Assembly: GCA_002633005.1 (NCBI GenBank)
Contig: NMRA01000795.1
Span: 2,328 to 66,327, forward strand
Source of the DNA: Phoronis australis
Taxonomy: Eukaryota > Animalia > Phoronida
Length of the DNA: 64,000 nt
Direction: 5' to 3'
The notes below the pieces were generated by a model. That model worked only from the letters and a program-made list of their open reading frames with translations. It had not been told where the DNA came from and did no database searches. A program made the position numbers and the translations under genes. Positions 1 through 24,000 of the stretch are shown here, piece by piece. The number at the start of each line of letters is the position of its first letter. Positions within the stretch are counted from its first letter, which is position 1.

Positions 1-1374
1 GGGTTCTAGTACCAGTTTCCACTGTCGATCGGGAACGTTCAGCAACGGTGGCTGTAAACAGGCCGTAACATGGAACTTTGCCACAGAATACCTTGGCAGG
101 CCCATAAGAAGATAAACATTATGAGGGGGAGAGCAGCATAAAGTAATTCGATTTGCCCAAAAGTTTGACCTTCCCGCCTTCATTTCCGATTCCCTCTACC
201 ATCACCATTTCCGTTCCCCCTCAGGTCGTTGCCAGTTTCGCACTCTCCATCATCGTGCAGACTTTGTTACCTGGGAGACAAATCTCGAGCAGGCATCCAC
301 AAGAAACCTGGGTACCCGTGTCTCAAAAAAATTCACGAGAGGGTCACTTTTTTAGACTTGAGCATGTTACGCACATTAAACGTTTAAGTTATGAATTTGA
401 CCTCCAGTGGATTATCTTTTATTTAATTCACTTTATTAAAAGACGCCTTGTCACTATTTATGGGGTACAAAAGTAACATAAGAATTAATCCAACCACAGA
501 TTGCGATATCCGGAGAAATATCCGGAACAATACAGGGAGAAATAGCATCGACTTGTATTAAGATTCACTTTATAAGGGTCCAGTTTGGGGATATTTCATT
601 TATTAGCTTAGACGTTTCCTTTGAATGTGCACTTCGAAAGGATGCGGTGCCCGGGAACTTGATCAGGTACACTGCCTCTGAGGACTCTTATTGAAACACG
701 GGTACCCACGTTTCCGGCTGTAACTGGCCCCCTTCCCGGCTGGGATAAATGAAGTATAACTCAGAACGAATTCACCAACCCACGTCAAAATTCACCGTAA
801 TGTTACTTTCTTAGAGGGTTACTTTAGAATGGAAAAAAATTCTGATGCACTTTTCTATTTTGAGGTCAGATGGACAGATTTCGGTCAGTTTCAACCTGCA
901 TCTGAGTTCACTAAAGCATCTAATCATCTTTATAAGATTGACGACTTGCCAAAAACCGTTCGTGAATCAGTCAATTTCCATATATACATAAACGTGTAAA
1001 TCAGAAAAGAATGAATCCTTGCAAGTCACCTGACATAAGAAATTACATGATATCCTGGCCGGTAACATGGTGTGACTTTTTTCAAACTCGTAATTTCCCG
1101 AAGGCATGCGTGTAGTTACTTGACACAGGGGAATCTGGGGGTCCTATGCCTAGAAATTTTCAGAATTTACTGTGCCCACATGGTCGCCTCACATTTTTCA
1201 TTGTTTGAGTCGCATGTCTTGATGCTGCTGTGCTTCAAATGAGCATGTTCTGTGACCAGTTTAAAATGGTATCTATAGCCCTTCGTGAATAGTAGGTCGG
1301 ATTGATACTGCGGCAAAGGGCCAATTGCCCTGGGGCACCACTCTAAGAGAGGACACAGACTGAAAGAGGGCTCC

Positions 1375-1934
1375 CAGTGGCGGATTTAGGGGGGTCAAGG
1401 GGGCCATGGCCCCCCCTAAAATTGTACCAGATACCGTTTGGCAGTTTGGGTGCGAATTGCTGACTAGCACGTGCGCGCAACCAGGGGGGTCGGGGGTGAA
1501 TAAACAATGCATAGGCCCTGAACAAAGCCCNNNNNNNNNNNNNNNNNNNNNNNNNNNNNNNNNNNNNNNNNNNNNNNNNNNNNNNNNNNNNNNNNNNNNN
1601 NNNNNNNNNNNNNNNNNNNNNNNNNNNNNNNNNNNNNNNNNNNNNNNNNNNNNNNNNNNNNNNNNNNNNNNNNNNNNNNNNNNNNNNNNNNNNNNNNNNN
1701 NNNNNNNNNGGGGGGTGAATAAACAATGCATATGCACTGACTAGGCCCTGACCAAACCCCAAACCCAGTTTACCCTTTTTTGTTAGTTTTTTTTTTTTTT
1801 AGTCAGAAGGTCCGCAAACCCAAAAATTCGAGCCCCTGCATCCCTACATTTTAGGCTGGGCGCACGCATCTGCCGAAATTGTGGTTATTCCTGTGCCCTG
1901 TCCCCCCCAACTGAAAATCCTGGATCCGCCCCTG
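1375..1934. mobile_element. hAT-like MITE (CAGTGGCGGAT...ATCCGCCCCTG) with 5-bp TSD; contains an assembly gap
   Basis: Terminal inverted repeats are flanked by GCTCC on both sides (1370-1374 and 1935-1939). Confidence 0.75.
1531..1709. other. Assembly gap
   Basis: Run of N. Confidence 0.99.
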
Positions 1935-2609
1935 GCTCCTTAATATGGAAGGATATATCATTAAAAGATTGGAAAAGAATGATAGCTATATCCATCATCG
2001 TGTGACTCTCCAAGTGACCTTCCTAATTAACGCAAAAGCAGTGCTGTAATGGGGCGTAGGCGCACGTAGGCGCAGCCAACCACCTTTTGGCATTTGAAGG
2101 TAGCGTTTATGCACCGCAAGTTACGTTCAATACTTTTAAGCACCTTAAAAGGTGGTACGGTGGGCTTTCGGCTCCTATTTACTCTTATTGTACCGTCCAT
2201 GAGACATTTTGGGCTTGAAGGGGCAACTAGTCCGCATAGTGGCTTAGAATTTTGCGGAAGGTAGTAAGTCATTGGTGTCAGTCACACCCAATACCGAGAC
2301 TTTTTGAAATTGACATGTAAGGTCAATGAAAGTTGTTCTTTGTGAACGCTGCTCCTAGTTATACAATCCTCCCAAGTGGACTGTGTAAGTAAACACAGCT
2401 TTACAAAGGGTTTGTGGTCCTGGCTGAGAAGATATTGTTTTATTACCCACTATTAGTTTTGAATAGCCCGCCCTGGAATGACAATGACAATGACGGACTG
2501 GATTATGAGTTGGGGACCTTTCAATAAAGCCAAGTGCGCTAAACAAATTCTTGAATGCTTCGTCGCTAAGAACTAAGTTCACATCATGTGTAAATGGTTT
2601 CCATTTCAG

Positions 2610-2776
2610 AGTTTGTTGCCATGTACATGAATTCGGACTTTCCATTCAAACCGAAAAAGCAAGTAGCAGAAGAGCACGACCCATTTAAACAGATAATCTT
2701 TCGCACAGAGGTACCGGCTCAAAAGAAAGAGAAGTCAAATACAAAGAGGGCAGGATCGAGCAAGAAAGGAAAATGA
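2610..2776 (+). CDS. Possible terminal coding exon of an unidentified gene entering from the left
   Basis: Acceptor TTTCCATTTCAG precedes an open, purine-rich frame (FVAMYMNSDFPFKPKK...SSKKGK*). AATAAA follows at about 3255. No recognisable domain, and upstream exons were not established. Confidence 0.35.
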
Positions 2777-4315
2777 TTATTTATAGTACTGCAATGATTC
2801 AACCATACAACGTTCGAGCAGAGTCAGAGAGAGTTGGAAATAACCTAACAATTAGTTCCAGTGAGTTTAGGACTTGTAACTTAAAAAAGAGTGCAGGTGG
2901 TCTGATGTCTCTATGAGCTGAGCCTATTGCACTTGTAACTTTTTAGGGACTTTTTTAAACATCAACAGAGCCGATGACGACTAAACGCACAAATTATACG
3001 CAAAACTTCCACGATAGGGAAGAATCTCCTCTGAAAACAATCAAGACATTGGACAGTATTTTGAAGTGCAGGGGTTATCGAAAAATAAGACATTTTAAAA
3101 TGTAACTTGCTCCAAATGATTAGTTAAGCATATTAATTTTAAAATATGTAGAAAAATGTAAATATTTGCCTGTCTCTGATGAAATGGTGTCTACTCAACA
3201 TTCATTTAGAGATGTTTTATGTTGTATTTATTGAATCTTTATTTGTATGAAATGAATAAATGTTCATCCAATCAAACCAAGTCGAAAAGGAAAACAAAAA
3301 TGTGAACAACAAATTACCATAACAACGGAAAATCACAAGTTATGGAGTGAATTTTGAAATTGATTGAATGCTCTAAAAAGAGTCTATATGCATCTACCTG
3401 TCTGGAGCTGCCAGATGGAAAGCAGCCATCCTATAGGGGGGTTTCTTGTCTTGGCACAAGTTGTAAATTATGTATTACCTTTGTGGAATAAAGGAAAAGT
3501 TTAAAATACACATTCTTCGAGATTTATTGTCACCACTGCCTTTAATAAATTAGCATACAACAACTTAGTAATTACCAATATCAAAAATATGTTAGCTCAC
3601 TATTTTACACTCTGTCAAGTCTGATACACATATTAATCAAGACACAAACATCAGAATTTCAAGACTTTGATTATTGCATTTATTTTTTGTTCAGTCAATG
3701 TTAATTAAGAATTGTTTTGCTCAAATGTTTTGCCTATAGACCCATGAACTTAGGCTTCACATATAGATACAGGTGTTTATCCCTTGTATATGGGCAAGTC
3801 ATAAACTAGGTACTTTTGTGTGTTCTTGGTCCATTCTTAGTAATCTTCATTTTCAAATAGTTACTATAAGCTGAATACACATCAATGCCTACCGTTATGA
3901 AGTGGAGAAGACAAGTTTCACACACATTAAACATATTTTCTTTGGTGCTGATCAAGTGTTTCGCATGCATAGTCAAACAAATATGCCAAATTTTTGGTAT
4001 AGATGTAGCTTTGCACGTCGGTACATGGGTCTAAATATGTCACACATACGGTATACTTAAACTTATCCAGTGCTCAAATGTAACAAAATTTGATTCTCCT
4101 TCTCCTTTGATTGTGCGCAAGTCCATGCCGTGCGAAGCTGAAATTGGCAGCCTCGCATAACAGGAAATATAGAATTCGTGATCTTATCAAAATATCACTC
4201 AGCCTGCTCTGGAAATAAATCAAATCTCAACAGTCCACTAAATGACCCACACACCTCACATTACAAGTGTTTCGTCTGAGCTGGCAATTACACCACCATG
4301 TACTTAAACAGACTT

Positions 4316-15022
<10,707 letters not shown>

Positions 15023-15063
15023 CTTGAAAGCTCCCGGATGGCGGAAGCGGAAATATCAAATTA
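15023..15063. promoter_or_regulatory. Minimal bidirectional promoter core between DECR1 and ERAL1
   Basis: 41 bp separate the divergent ATGs. The segment holds clustered ETS-like cores (CCGGAT, CGGAAG, CGGAAA). YY1-like motifs overlap both starts (CAAGATGG on minus, AATGGCGGC on plus). Confidence 0.7.
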
Positions 15064-18000
15064 ATGGCGGCCTCCTTGAGCAGCATGAAAATTTCATTGC
15101 AAAGTTTTGTGAGATTCGTCTCGAAAGGTAATGTGCATGTTTTTTATGGACAGTAAAGAAAACTATGGAAAAAATTTAATACATTAATCTTTTTAAAACG
15201 CCCCTGGATAAAAGAAGAAAAAGTAACCAGGGAACGGAGACCAAACAGAAATTAGGCTGGACAATTAGTTGAATGTTTGGCTTGGGGCCTTTGGGGGGGG
15301 GGGGTGNNNNNNNNNNNNNNNNNNNNNNNNNNNNNNNNNNNNNNNNNNNNNNNNNNNNNNNNNNNNNNNNNNNNNNNNNNNNNNNNNNNNNNNNNNNNNN
15401 NNNNNNNNNNNNNNNNNNNNNNNNNNTCACCAGTTAGTCTAATGCACATGCAGCTACCCAAGCTTAAATAAAAACCAAACGGATGTCTGTGCACTTCAAT
15501 TTGGCACAGGTTAATTGGTGATCTAAACTTATGCCTGCGTCAAACTGAAGCTACCGTAAGTTCCCAAGTGGTTAAAAGATTTTTGATGAGTATCAGAACC
15601 CAAATTTGACAACAAAAATGAGTTTTGACCTATGGAGGTCATGTGGATTAATCACATGGGGGAAGTTAATTGTCTTGCGAAACTACTCACCACGCCACTC
15701 ACTGTCTTCAATTTCTGTTGTGATAACCGTCCGTATAACCATTGGCAGTAATTTGGAAACTTACAGTGGCTTTAGTTTGGCGTAGGCATCAGTTTGGCTC
15801 ACCAATCTACGCCAAATTGTAGTACGCCAAACTGAAGTGCACCAAATCACTTTGGCACAGGCATCAGTTTGAGCTGCAACAGTTTTCACACATGGGATTG
15901 GCTGAGTCTGACCTTTGACATCCGGTAGAGTTTCCTGGGCTTGAAGGTCCTGAGATTCATTGTAGTCACCTGATGCTCAGTATGAGTTCATAGTTTTGTT
16001 GTGATAAGTAAGGAGAAGCTGTAAAGTGTTGAGCTATAAAATGTTATTCTGAAGTTATAAGCCATGAAAGTTTGTCAGGTGAATAGCAAAAATCTGATTA
16101 TATGACTGGCAAGATGTGACAATGATTATTTACCAATGAGATTGTTGAAAGTGTGTCGGGTGAATATGAAAAATCTCATTATTTGACCGACAAGGATATG
16201 TGGCATTGTTTTAGCCAATGAAATTGGTGAAAAGCTTGTTGGGTAATCAGCAAATATCTGGCGTGCATTCAGTAGACACTAGGACCTAGATATAACCTAG
16301 TCAAAGTCACATGCACGGCAATATATTACGTAGTCTTGTGAAGTCTTGCTTTTTAGCGGGGTCCAGCATTACTGAACGAGAGGCTGATTATTTGACCAAC
16401 AAGCGATGACGTCACAAAAATCTACCAATGATATCGTCAAATGCTTTATTGACTCAGTTAAGAGCAAGTGTGAGCTTATTTGACCGACCCGGCCCGTTGA
16501 ATAGCGAATCTGCCTTATTTGGCTGACTTGTTGGGTAAAGAGCATCGGAGTTTTCTTAAAAGACATGTGGCTGCTAATCATGGCTCTTTGAACTTTTCAA
16601 AGGTCTACTTCTGTAACCAATACAAATGATGTGTCATGGGCGACCCGGTGGTTGCCAACAGCTGGCCAATTTTGGACACCCCTGCTTGCTCGTACGGTAA
16701 AAAAACTTTTAGAAGGTACTGTTGTCAGTAAAAGCAAGACAGATAGGTGTTGAATAGCAAATTTGTGGACTTAATTTTTTGAGGTCAGGGTACTTCTGAA
16801 AGCAACACAAATGTCTGCTAAACAGCACATTTCTTGACCTTGATGCCAAATGTTGTCAGTAAAAATCCAGTGCTTGGAAAGGTTGGCTACATATTATTTG
16901 AAGTCCACTCATGAATGGTAGTGATACTGTTAGTCCTTGATACAAGTAAAATACGAGACACGCACATCACCTAGTGACCGAACCGTAAAAAGCACATTAC
17001 TTCTGCAAACATCTATTTTGTTTTCTTTTAGTATTTTTGTGACTTTCAGTTCCAAGACCAATACACCATCCATCGTGTCAGTTTTGCGCACAATCGTTTA
17101 AAGACTACAGTGAGACGCAAACATTACATCAACAGAAGATGGTTGGCCGAACCAGAGGTATGCAATGACTATTACTGAAACACAGCCAAATAAGAAATTG
17201 ATAATTTGATAATTTACAGAACCTGCTGAAATGACCCAGATTCCCCATGCATGGCCACAGAGCAGAATTGGAATTGACAGTCATGGCAGTTAAGTTCACA
17301 ATCGGGGGTGACTTGTGATAGGAAACAGAATTTTGTCTGAAAATTTTTGGTGTTTACTGTTACAGTAGTTACTTGTTACGTCTGAAATTAACAAAGTTAG
17401 TGAACCAGTTTTCACTTAGTTATGGTCATGTGTTTGTTACATTGTGAAACTGACAGTGATCCCATACACACACTCACGCACGCACACACACACACACATA
17501 CATGGGCTGTTTTGAGTTTACTAACTTTGCTTCATTTAGTGGGATTGTTTAAAGTACTGATCATTCCCTGTATCTGCGCTATATGCAGTGCACATGGGTG
17601 CATATCAACGCTCCTTGTTGCTTTTATTTAGTTCTTGTTACCAAAAATTGGGAAGGTTGTTGCCTCTGCAACTAGCTGTTGCTTTGTCAAATAGATTTTT
17701 CTCGGTGTCTCTCCCCTGTCTTGAGAGCCTTCACGTGCGTTTTTAGATGAACAAGTGAAACTTGTCCGACAGAAGCCTGATTCGCCTCCGCACTCGGAGA
17801 GACTCAATGTTGCAATACTTGGCACTCCAAATGCAGGCAAGTCAACATTGACCAATCAGCTGATGGGTTGGCGCATCACATCTGTCTCCCAGAAGGTTCA
17901 CACCACGCGCCAGAAAATAGTCGGAGTCTTTACACAGGACCAGAAACAGCTGGTAGGAAATTGGTCTTCTTTTAAAAAGTGAGATGATGTGGTTAATGTG

Positions 18001-21000
18001 GGTCAGTTAGTCAGAAGGTGTTGTTTATTTTCTGGGTTGTCTTTTATCCCGGAGGACATTTTAATTTGTTTACGGTTATTGTCAACCTTCGTCAAGTCGT
18101 TTCAGGTTTCATCAAATAACTTTTTAAAGCTGCATTTTTTCCATTGTTTAGCTGTCAATGTTGAGAATTATCAACCAAAGGACTTTGAGGTTTAAAAACA
18201 TTACCACACCGATCTTGAATTATTGGCTGACAGCTAAAGTCACAGGCAATGCATGTATGCGCCATTTTTGGAATTCGCAGTTTTAGGATTGGCCAACCCC
18301 AATAAAGACTGGAAACATTTTCTTGAGTTACTGACGGGTTTGATTTTCTTGTTGGTAATGGAAATGGAATCCTATTGTTTATAAGCAAGTGAAAATCGTA
18401 ATTTTTGCTTTGATCCTGAAATTCTAAAAAACTAAACTTTGGGCTTGAATTAAATATTCATGTTGTTGAAATGCAGGGAGCCATTTCTTACTTAAAATTT
18501 TTTCTATCCTCGATTTTAAACCAATATATCTGCCATCTAAATCCCTTTTCAAAACATTTTCAAGTGTCTTGAGTCTCTTTTTGATGACCGATATCAACAT
18601 TTTTTGAAAGATAACCAAAAATCTGGGATGTGGTTCCCTTATTCCTGAGCCTCATAATAAGTGTCCAAAATTTTGTTTGAATCAACTCATGCACTTAGCA
18701 GAAGCCGATGTTCAACACTTCAAAAAGTGCTTCAAAAAGGAGTCCTGAAAATGGCCCTAAAGAATTTACCATATAATTGAAATCGGTTGAAGCCCTCCTT
18801 AATAATTGCTTAATGGGCACATAAATACTGCATTTCATGAAATGTATTGATTAACAATGAAAAATAAAAAACAGTATGTGAATTTCCCCCCCCCCCAAAA
18901 AAAAAACAGTCCACGAAGGTTACCAATTAGGAAGTGATGTTTTTGAATTTCTTACACTACTACTAATGACTAAGAAAATAACTGAATTTTTCTTTGATAC
19001 ATTACGAAGAGAGAATTTTTAATTGAATATTTTTGCTCTGTATAAACTGTGACTGATGGATTTTTTTATTTATTTTCAGATTTTTCTAGACACGCCAGGT
19101 GTTGTGCCTGTTTCAGCCAAAAAAAGGTTTTTTATTTTCTAAGTTTTGTACGTGTTTTTAGACATGCTTTTGTGCTTCTGTATGTTCTTGGCATCAAAGT
19201 TTATTGCTTTAGAAAAAACAATGTAATTTCATAACAATGTGTTGCCATGACACCTAGAAGAATGCAAAATAGATGCCTATGGAGACCAAGCGCGCACACA
19301 GCCTAAAAAAATGGGGGTCTCGAATTCTTGAGAATGTGAACCTTTTACAATGAGTCATGGGGTACATTCAGTGCTGTGAATTGTGCATTTGCCGAATTTT
19401 GGTAGTTCCTGCCTTTCAGTGGACTTTTCGCACTCGTTTTCTATTTTTTTAGGGTTTTTGTTTTCCTGAAGCAGACCTTTTTGCCCTCTTGGGTGCGCGC
19501 ATGGTGACTTGTTCTGCACATCCAGGTGCTACAATCAAGTTCCAAGCACAAGTTTAAAATGTTTGGTACTTCACATTTGATGATGGCATTGATTTGGATA
19601 CTTTTTAAAGTCCAACTTTGTTTTTAGGCATCACTTGGAGGAATCATTAGTCACCGACCCGTTCCAAGTGTTGGACTATGCTGACATAAGTGAGTCTTGA
19701 GTCTGTCTTACTCTCACTGTTAGGTGTTTTCTAGTCTGGGTTAATCTAGAGTCTGGGAATGATAGTCATTTTGTTCTTTATAAGCATTGAGATCTGTACT
19801 TATTTAAAAAATACCATGTTTCCTTATTAATTCACTGGTAAAAGATTTTTTTGTGATGTTTTCTCATTGGGCATCTACAGTGAAGTGGTAGGATTGTCAA
19901 GGACTGGGTCACATGAGTGTACTGTATTTCGCTCAGTATTTCGTCGTCAAAATTATATGTGGCTTCATATTGATGGTGGTGATTTTCCATCTGGTGTGTT
20001 TCATGTATATTATTGCAGCAGACTTACTCTGAGATCTTAAGATCAACTACTGTGAGAATACAGAGCTGAAAAATAATCAAATCGCACTTAAGCAAATGTG
20101 CAAAGTCTCTGAGAATATACATGTAGTTTCTAGTTACTGAGATAATTTCTACAAATTGTTTCTAGACTGTAAAGCTCTCATAATTACATAACTAAACCTT
20201 TATTCATCAATTGTGTAGTTGGAGCATAACAAATTTCTGTCTTAAGTCACTTTTCATGAATCGCACCTTCGATTAATTTTCTTTGTGTAATATATAGTAT
20301 AAACTTCGTTGAAAACACGACTAAACTTTTTGCTTGAAAGCTTGATACTTAGTCATGTTTTCAACAAAGTTAGTGTTAACGAGAAGCTGCTACTGAACTA
20401 TACTAACATACAATATAAGTATCATGCTGCACAAGTACAGTGTACTTCTGCGTGAGTAAAAACTAATCCATAATAGGTTCTCTGTGACAGTCACGTGACT
20501 GAAGTCTTCTGTTCCAGTTGCTGTTGTCGTTGATGTGTCAAATAAGTATACACGGACGAAACTCGACCGACTCATCTTGAAGGCTCTTTTACTTCATCCG
20601 GAGAAGAAGTCAGTCTTGGTCTTAAATAAGGTAGACTTCCGTGTTTGTTTTTAGTATGGTTAATAGTCATCGTATTCATCGTGTGTTAGGGTATTTTACA
20701 TTGTTTCCCTATGTGCTTAAGGAATTCAATTAAATGAAGGTGTTTCTTTTCAAAAACATTTGGATAATTTGCCTGTGAGCACTGGTTAAGACTGCTGTCT
20801 ATGGTCAAATTTTAAAGTTAATTACATGTACTCATATCATGTTAATTTTTTGTGAAATAGAATTATCATTTATGAATTTTGGATGTAGTCAAGTGAGGAT
20901 GTTTATAGCTTTGCCAAATTGGGAAAGTGCTGTAGAGTGCCTATCACAAAGAAGAAAAGTGCCATGAGGTGGAATTGTTTTTTTATGACCAGCAATATTG

Positions 21001-24000
21001 TAACAGTCTGTGTGAAATTGGTATCTGTCTGCCTTTCAAAAAATGATCACAAAAATTTATCAATCCCTTTGTGTTTCATGAACCTCTACTTGGGCCTGTT
21101 GGAGATGAGAAAAAAATGAGATGCAAATTGAGACAATGAAAATTTCCGTCTTTTTTTAGTTGTGAGGCAATCAGATGGAGTGTAGTATGTAGAATTGATT
21201 CGAGTTATTTGCATGCAGTTTCGGATTTTGTTAGTTCGGCACAGTTTGCCAAAAAGCTGTTTGGTTATTGTTTTACAACACTGACTAACTTATGAAACAC
21301 CCGCATAGGATTTTCTATGTCAAATAACGTATTATTTAATTTGAAAAATGTGGATTTTATGTTGAGTTTTTGATATTTTGGCGTTAAGTAATGGCACGTC
21401 ACAATGACGTCACATATTTTTTCTTTTTATGAGCAGAAATTGTTTTCGCGTTACATCCAGGTTCTCATTCCCTTGCATACATGTTACTAATAAGACCAAG
21501 CTCAGAGGAGTAGGAGACACCTTTGTACAATGCTCGATTGTCAGCCAGTGAAGTCACGATTCGAATCCAAACAGGAGTCTGGAGCTCAAACTACTGGCCA
21601 CACTGTCTCCTCCAATGACGTCATATTAAACAATAGGCAAACCCAGTTGTAGACACTGTGTGTTACTTGTTTCAAACGACAAAATTGAATTTATTCAAGA
21701 AGAATCTTTTTGTCCTAGATTGTTTCCATTAACTAAACTTGGTTCACAACCCCAACAACATAACATAAGCGCCACCTAGTGCAATGCAGCTGAGAACATC
21801 ACATTGGCATGTTTCTGCTTTTACGTGACTACGAGTTGAAGTGTTGTCAGTTGAGCAATATCATTCTTCTGGTTACTTTGTTTCATGTATGATATGTTAA
21901 CGTGTTCTCTTGTTACAGGTTGATGCAGTGAAAAACAAAGATGTCCTATTAACAATTACACGAACTTTGACTCTTGGTCAAGTTGGTAGACAGGTCCCTA
22001 GCGATAACAGACTACATCTCAAGTCTGATATGAAATCTACCAAACTCACACGGACCAATAACCTAGGCAATCAGAGATTGGACTACCTCTTTGACTCGTC
22101 ACGTGGTGTTGGCACCGATTGCCAACAGTCGGATGGTGCTGAGAGTTCGACTGATACAAGTGTGTCCCCTGAACAATCCACTGAACACGAAGTGGAAAAT
22201 GAAGAAAGAATGAAGTTAATCAATAAACTGGTTAAGAAAGAGCATGGATGGAGTGGGTTTGACCAAGTCTTTATGGTGTCAGCTCTGAGTGGTGATGGAG
22301 TGGAGGAGCTGCGGGTGAGTCCATCTTCAGTTCAGGGGAGACAGGTGGGGGCTAAACCTAATCGGTACAAAATTAGCTACTGAAATATTTCATTCAGTGT
22401 AAAAATTGCTACTAATCATCTCACTGTTCTACTGGGTGTTTCATCTTATTTTTTATGACCGCGGATGCTCATGAGAGGGAAATATAAAATGTAGGGTTAA
22501 CTTAGGTCTCTGTAATTATCATATGAAATTCACCATGAACAAAATCGCCCAAGGCCAGGGGTTTTATGACTTGTTGTTTTAATGCACCTACAGGACTACT
22601 TTTCTTCAGGTCACACTCTGAGGTCAAAGGTTGAACCATATCCACACACTGCTTGGTGCACGCAGTTCAGACTAATCACACATGCCTTTAGTGCTTCATC
22701 AACAAAATAGTTCTAAGTTGATGTCACATGACCTACTTGAATAGTGAGGTCATTCTCAGCTGGTCACATCAATATCAGAAAAATACTAATTGTGATTACA
22801 TTTTTGTTTTCATTTAGAGGTTGTTCTCAACTGATTTTTTACGCTAGTAGTGAATTTGACAATATGTTCCAACGTGAATTTGTTTTATGGTTTACCAGCA
22901 ATGCTCGTGAGCAGGCCAGATCTTGTTAATATTGCCGTTTGTAAGCCATTGTGAGTTTGGCTGGATTGTTCATGGAAGTCAGGCACCAAAATTTCTACGT
23001 AGATCCTAACTTTGCAATCAACACCAACTGTAAGATAAGCCTCTCATGGGGGTTTGCTGGCAATGTTTTGTGAGTTCATGAAAGTAGATTCAAAATTTGT
23101 GGTTTGTTTATTGTTAGTAAAATAAATCTTCCAAAAATCAACAAACGATCGTGGTATCGATCCTTACTTGTTGGCGCATTTTTAGTATTAATGTGTATTA
23201 AAACATACTTATGAGTAAAATGTTGAAGCCATTGTACTGAGATGGTAAAATTGACAAACAGTCAATGTGCCGAACTCATTTATCAATTTGACGATCCAAT
23301 CGTACACACCTTAGTGTCTTTCGATGCTTTCATATGGTATGAAATGTTTGCATTCACTTTTTGTGAAAACACAAACACAAACAGATAATTTATGTCCAGG
23401 ATGCTCACTTTTTCTACTTTAAATTTTGATTTTGCAGGATTATTTACTGTCAATGACCAAACCTCACTCCTGGTCCTATCACAGCTCCATGGTAACCGAC
23501 CAGGACCCTGTCACTATCGTCAAAATGTGTGTGTGGGAGAAACTGCTGGAGCACCTGCCAAAGGACATTCCCTACAATATTCACGTGGTGCGACTTTAGT
23601 CTCACAAGTGTGGCTATGTGCAGAGTTGAAGCTTTGATCTCTATGTCCAGCATTCTAACTTGACGTATTATTAGGCCATTTACGGTTATAAAATTAGTCT
23701 TCATCTTATCTTGTATATTACTCAGCTTAGCAATGATTCTGTGTATGAAAAGTATCAACAAATCAAAGTGGCTGAAGATTGTAATCAGTGAGTCGTAACT
23801 TTTAATCAGTTGCATGCAACGCTTTATCAATTGGAAAACTTTGATCGATGCCCCAGGTCAAGAGAATTTATGAACGTATCATTGTTCTTATGCACGGGTA
23901 ACTCTATCCAAACTTGTCCAGGTGTTGAGCAGTATATTTGTGTCTGTTTGGATCGGTGAATGTTTTCACTTTTATAACGCATGTTACACTTGATCAGTTG

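Noticed and set aside
1273-1762. Long ORFs spanning N runs (also 15176-15494)
   Set aside because: Artefacts of assembly gaps.
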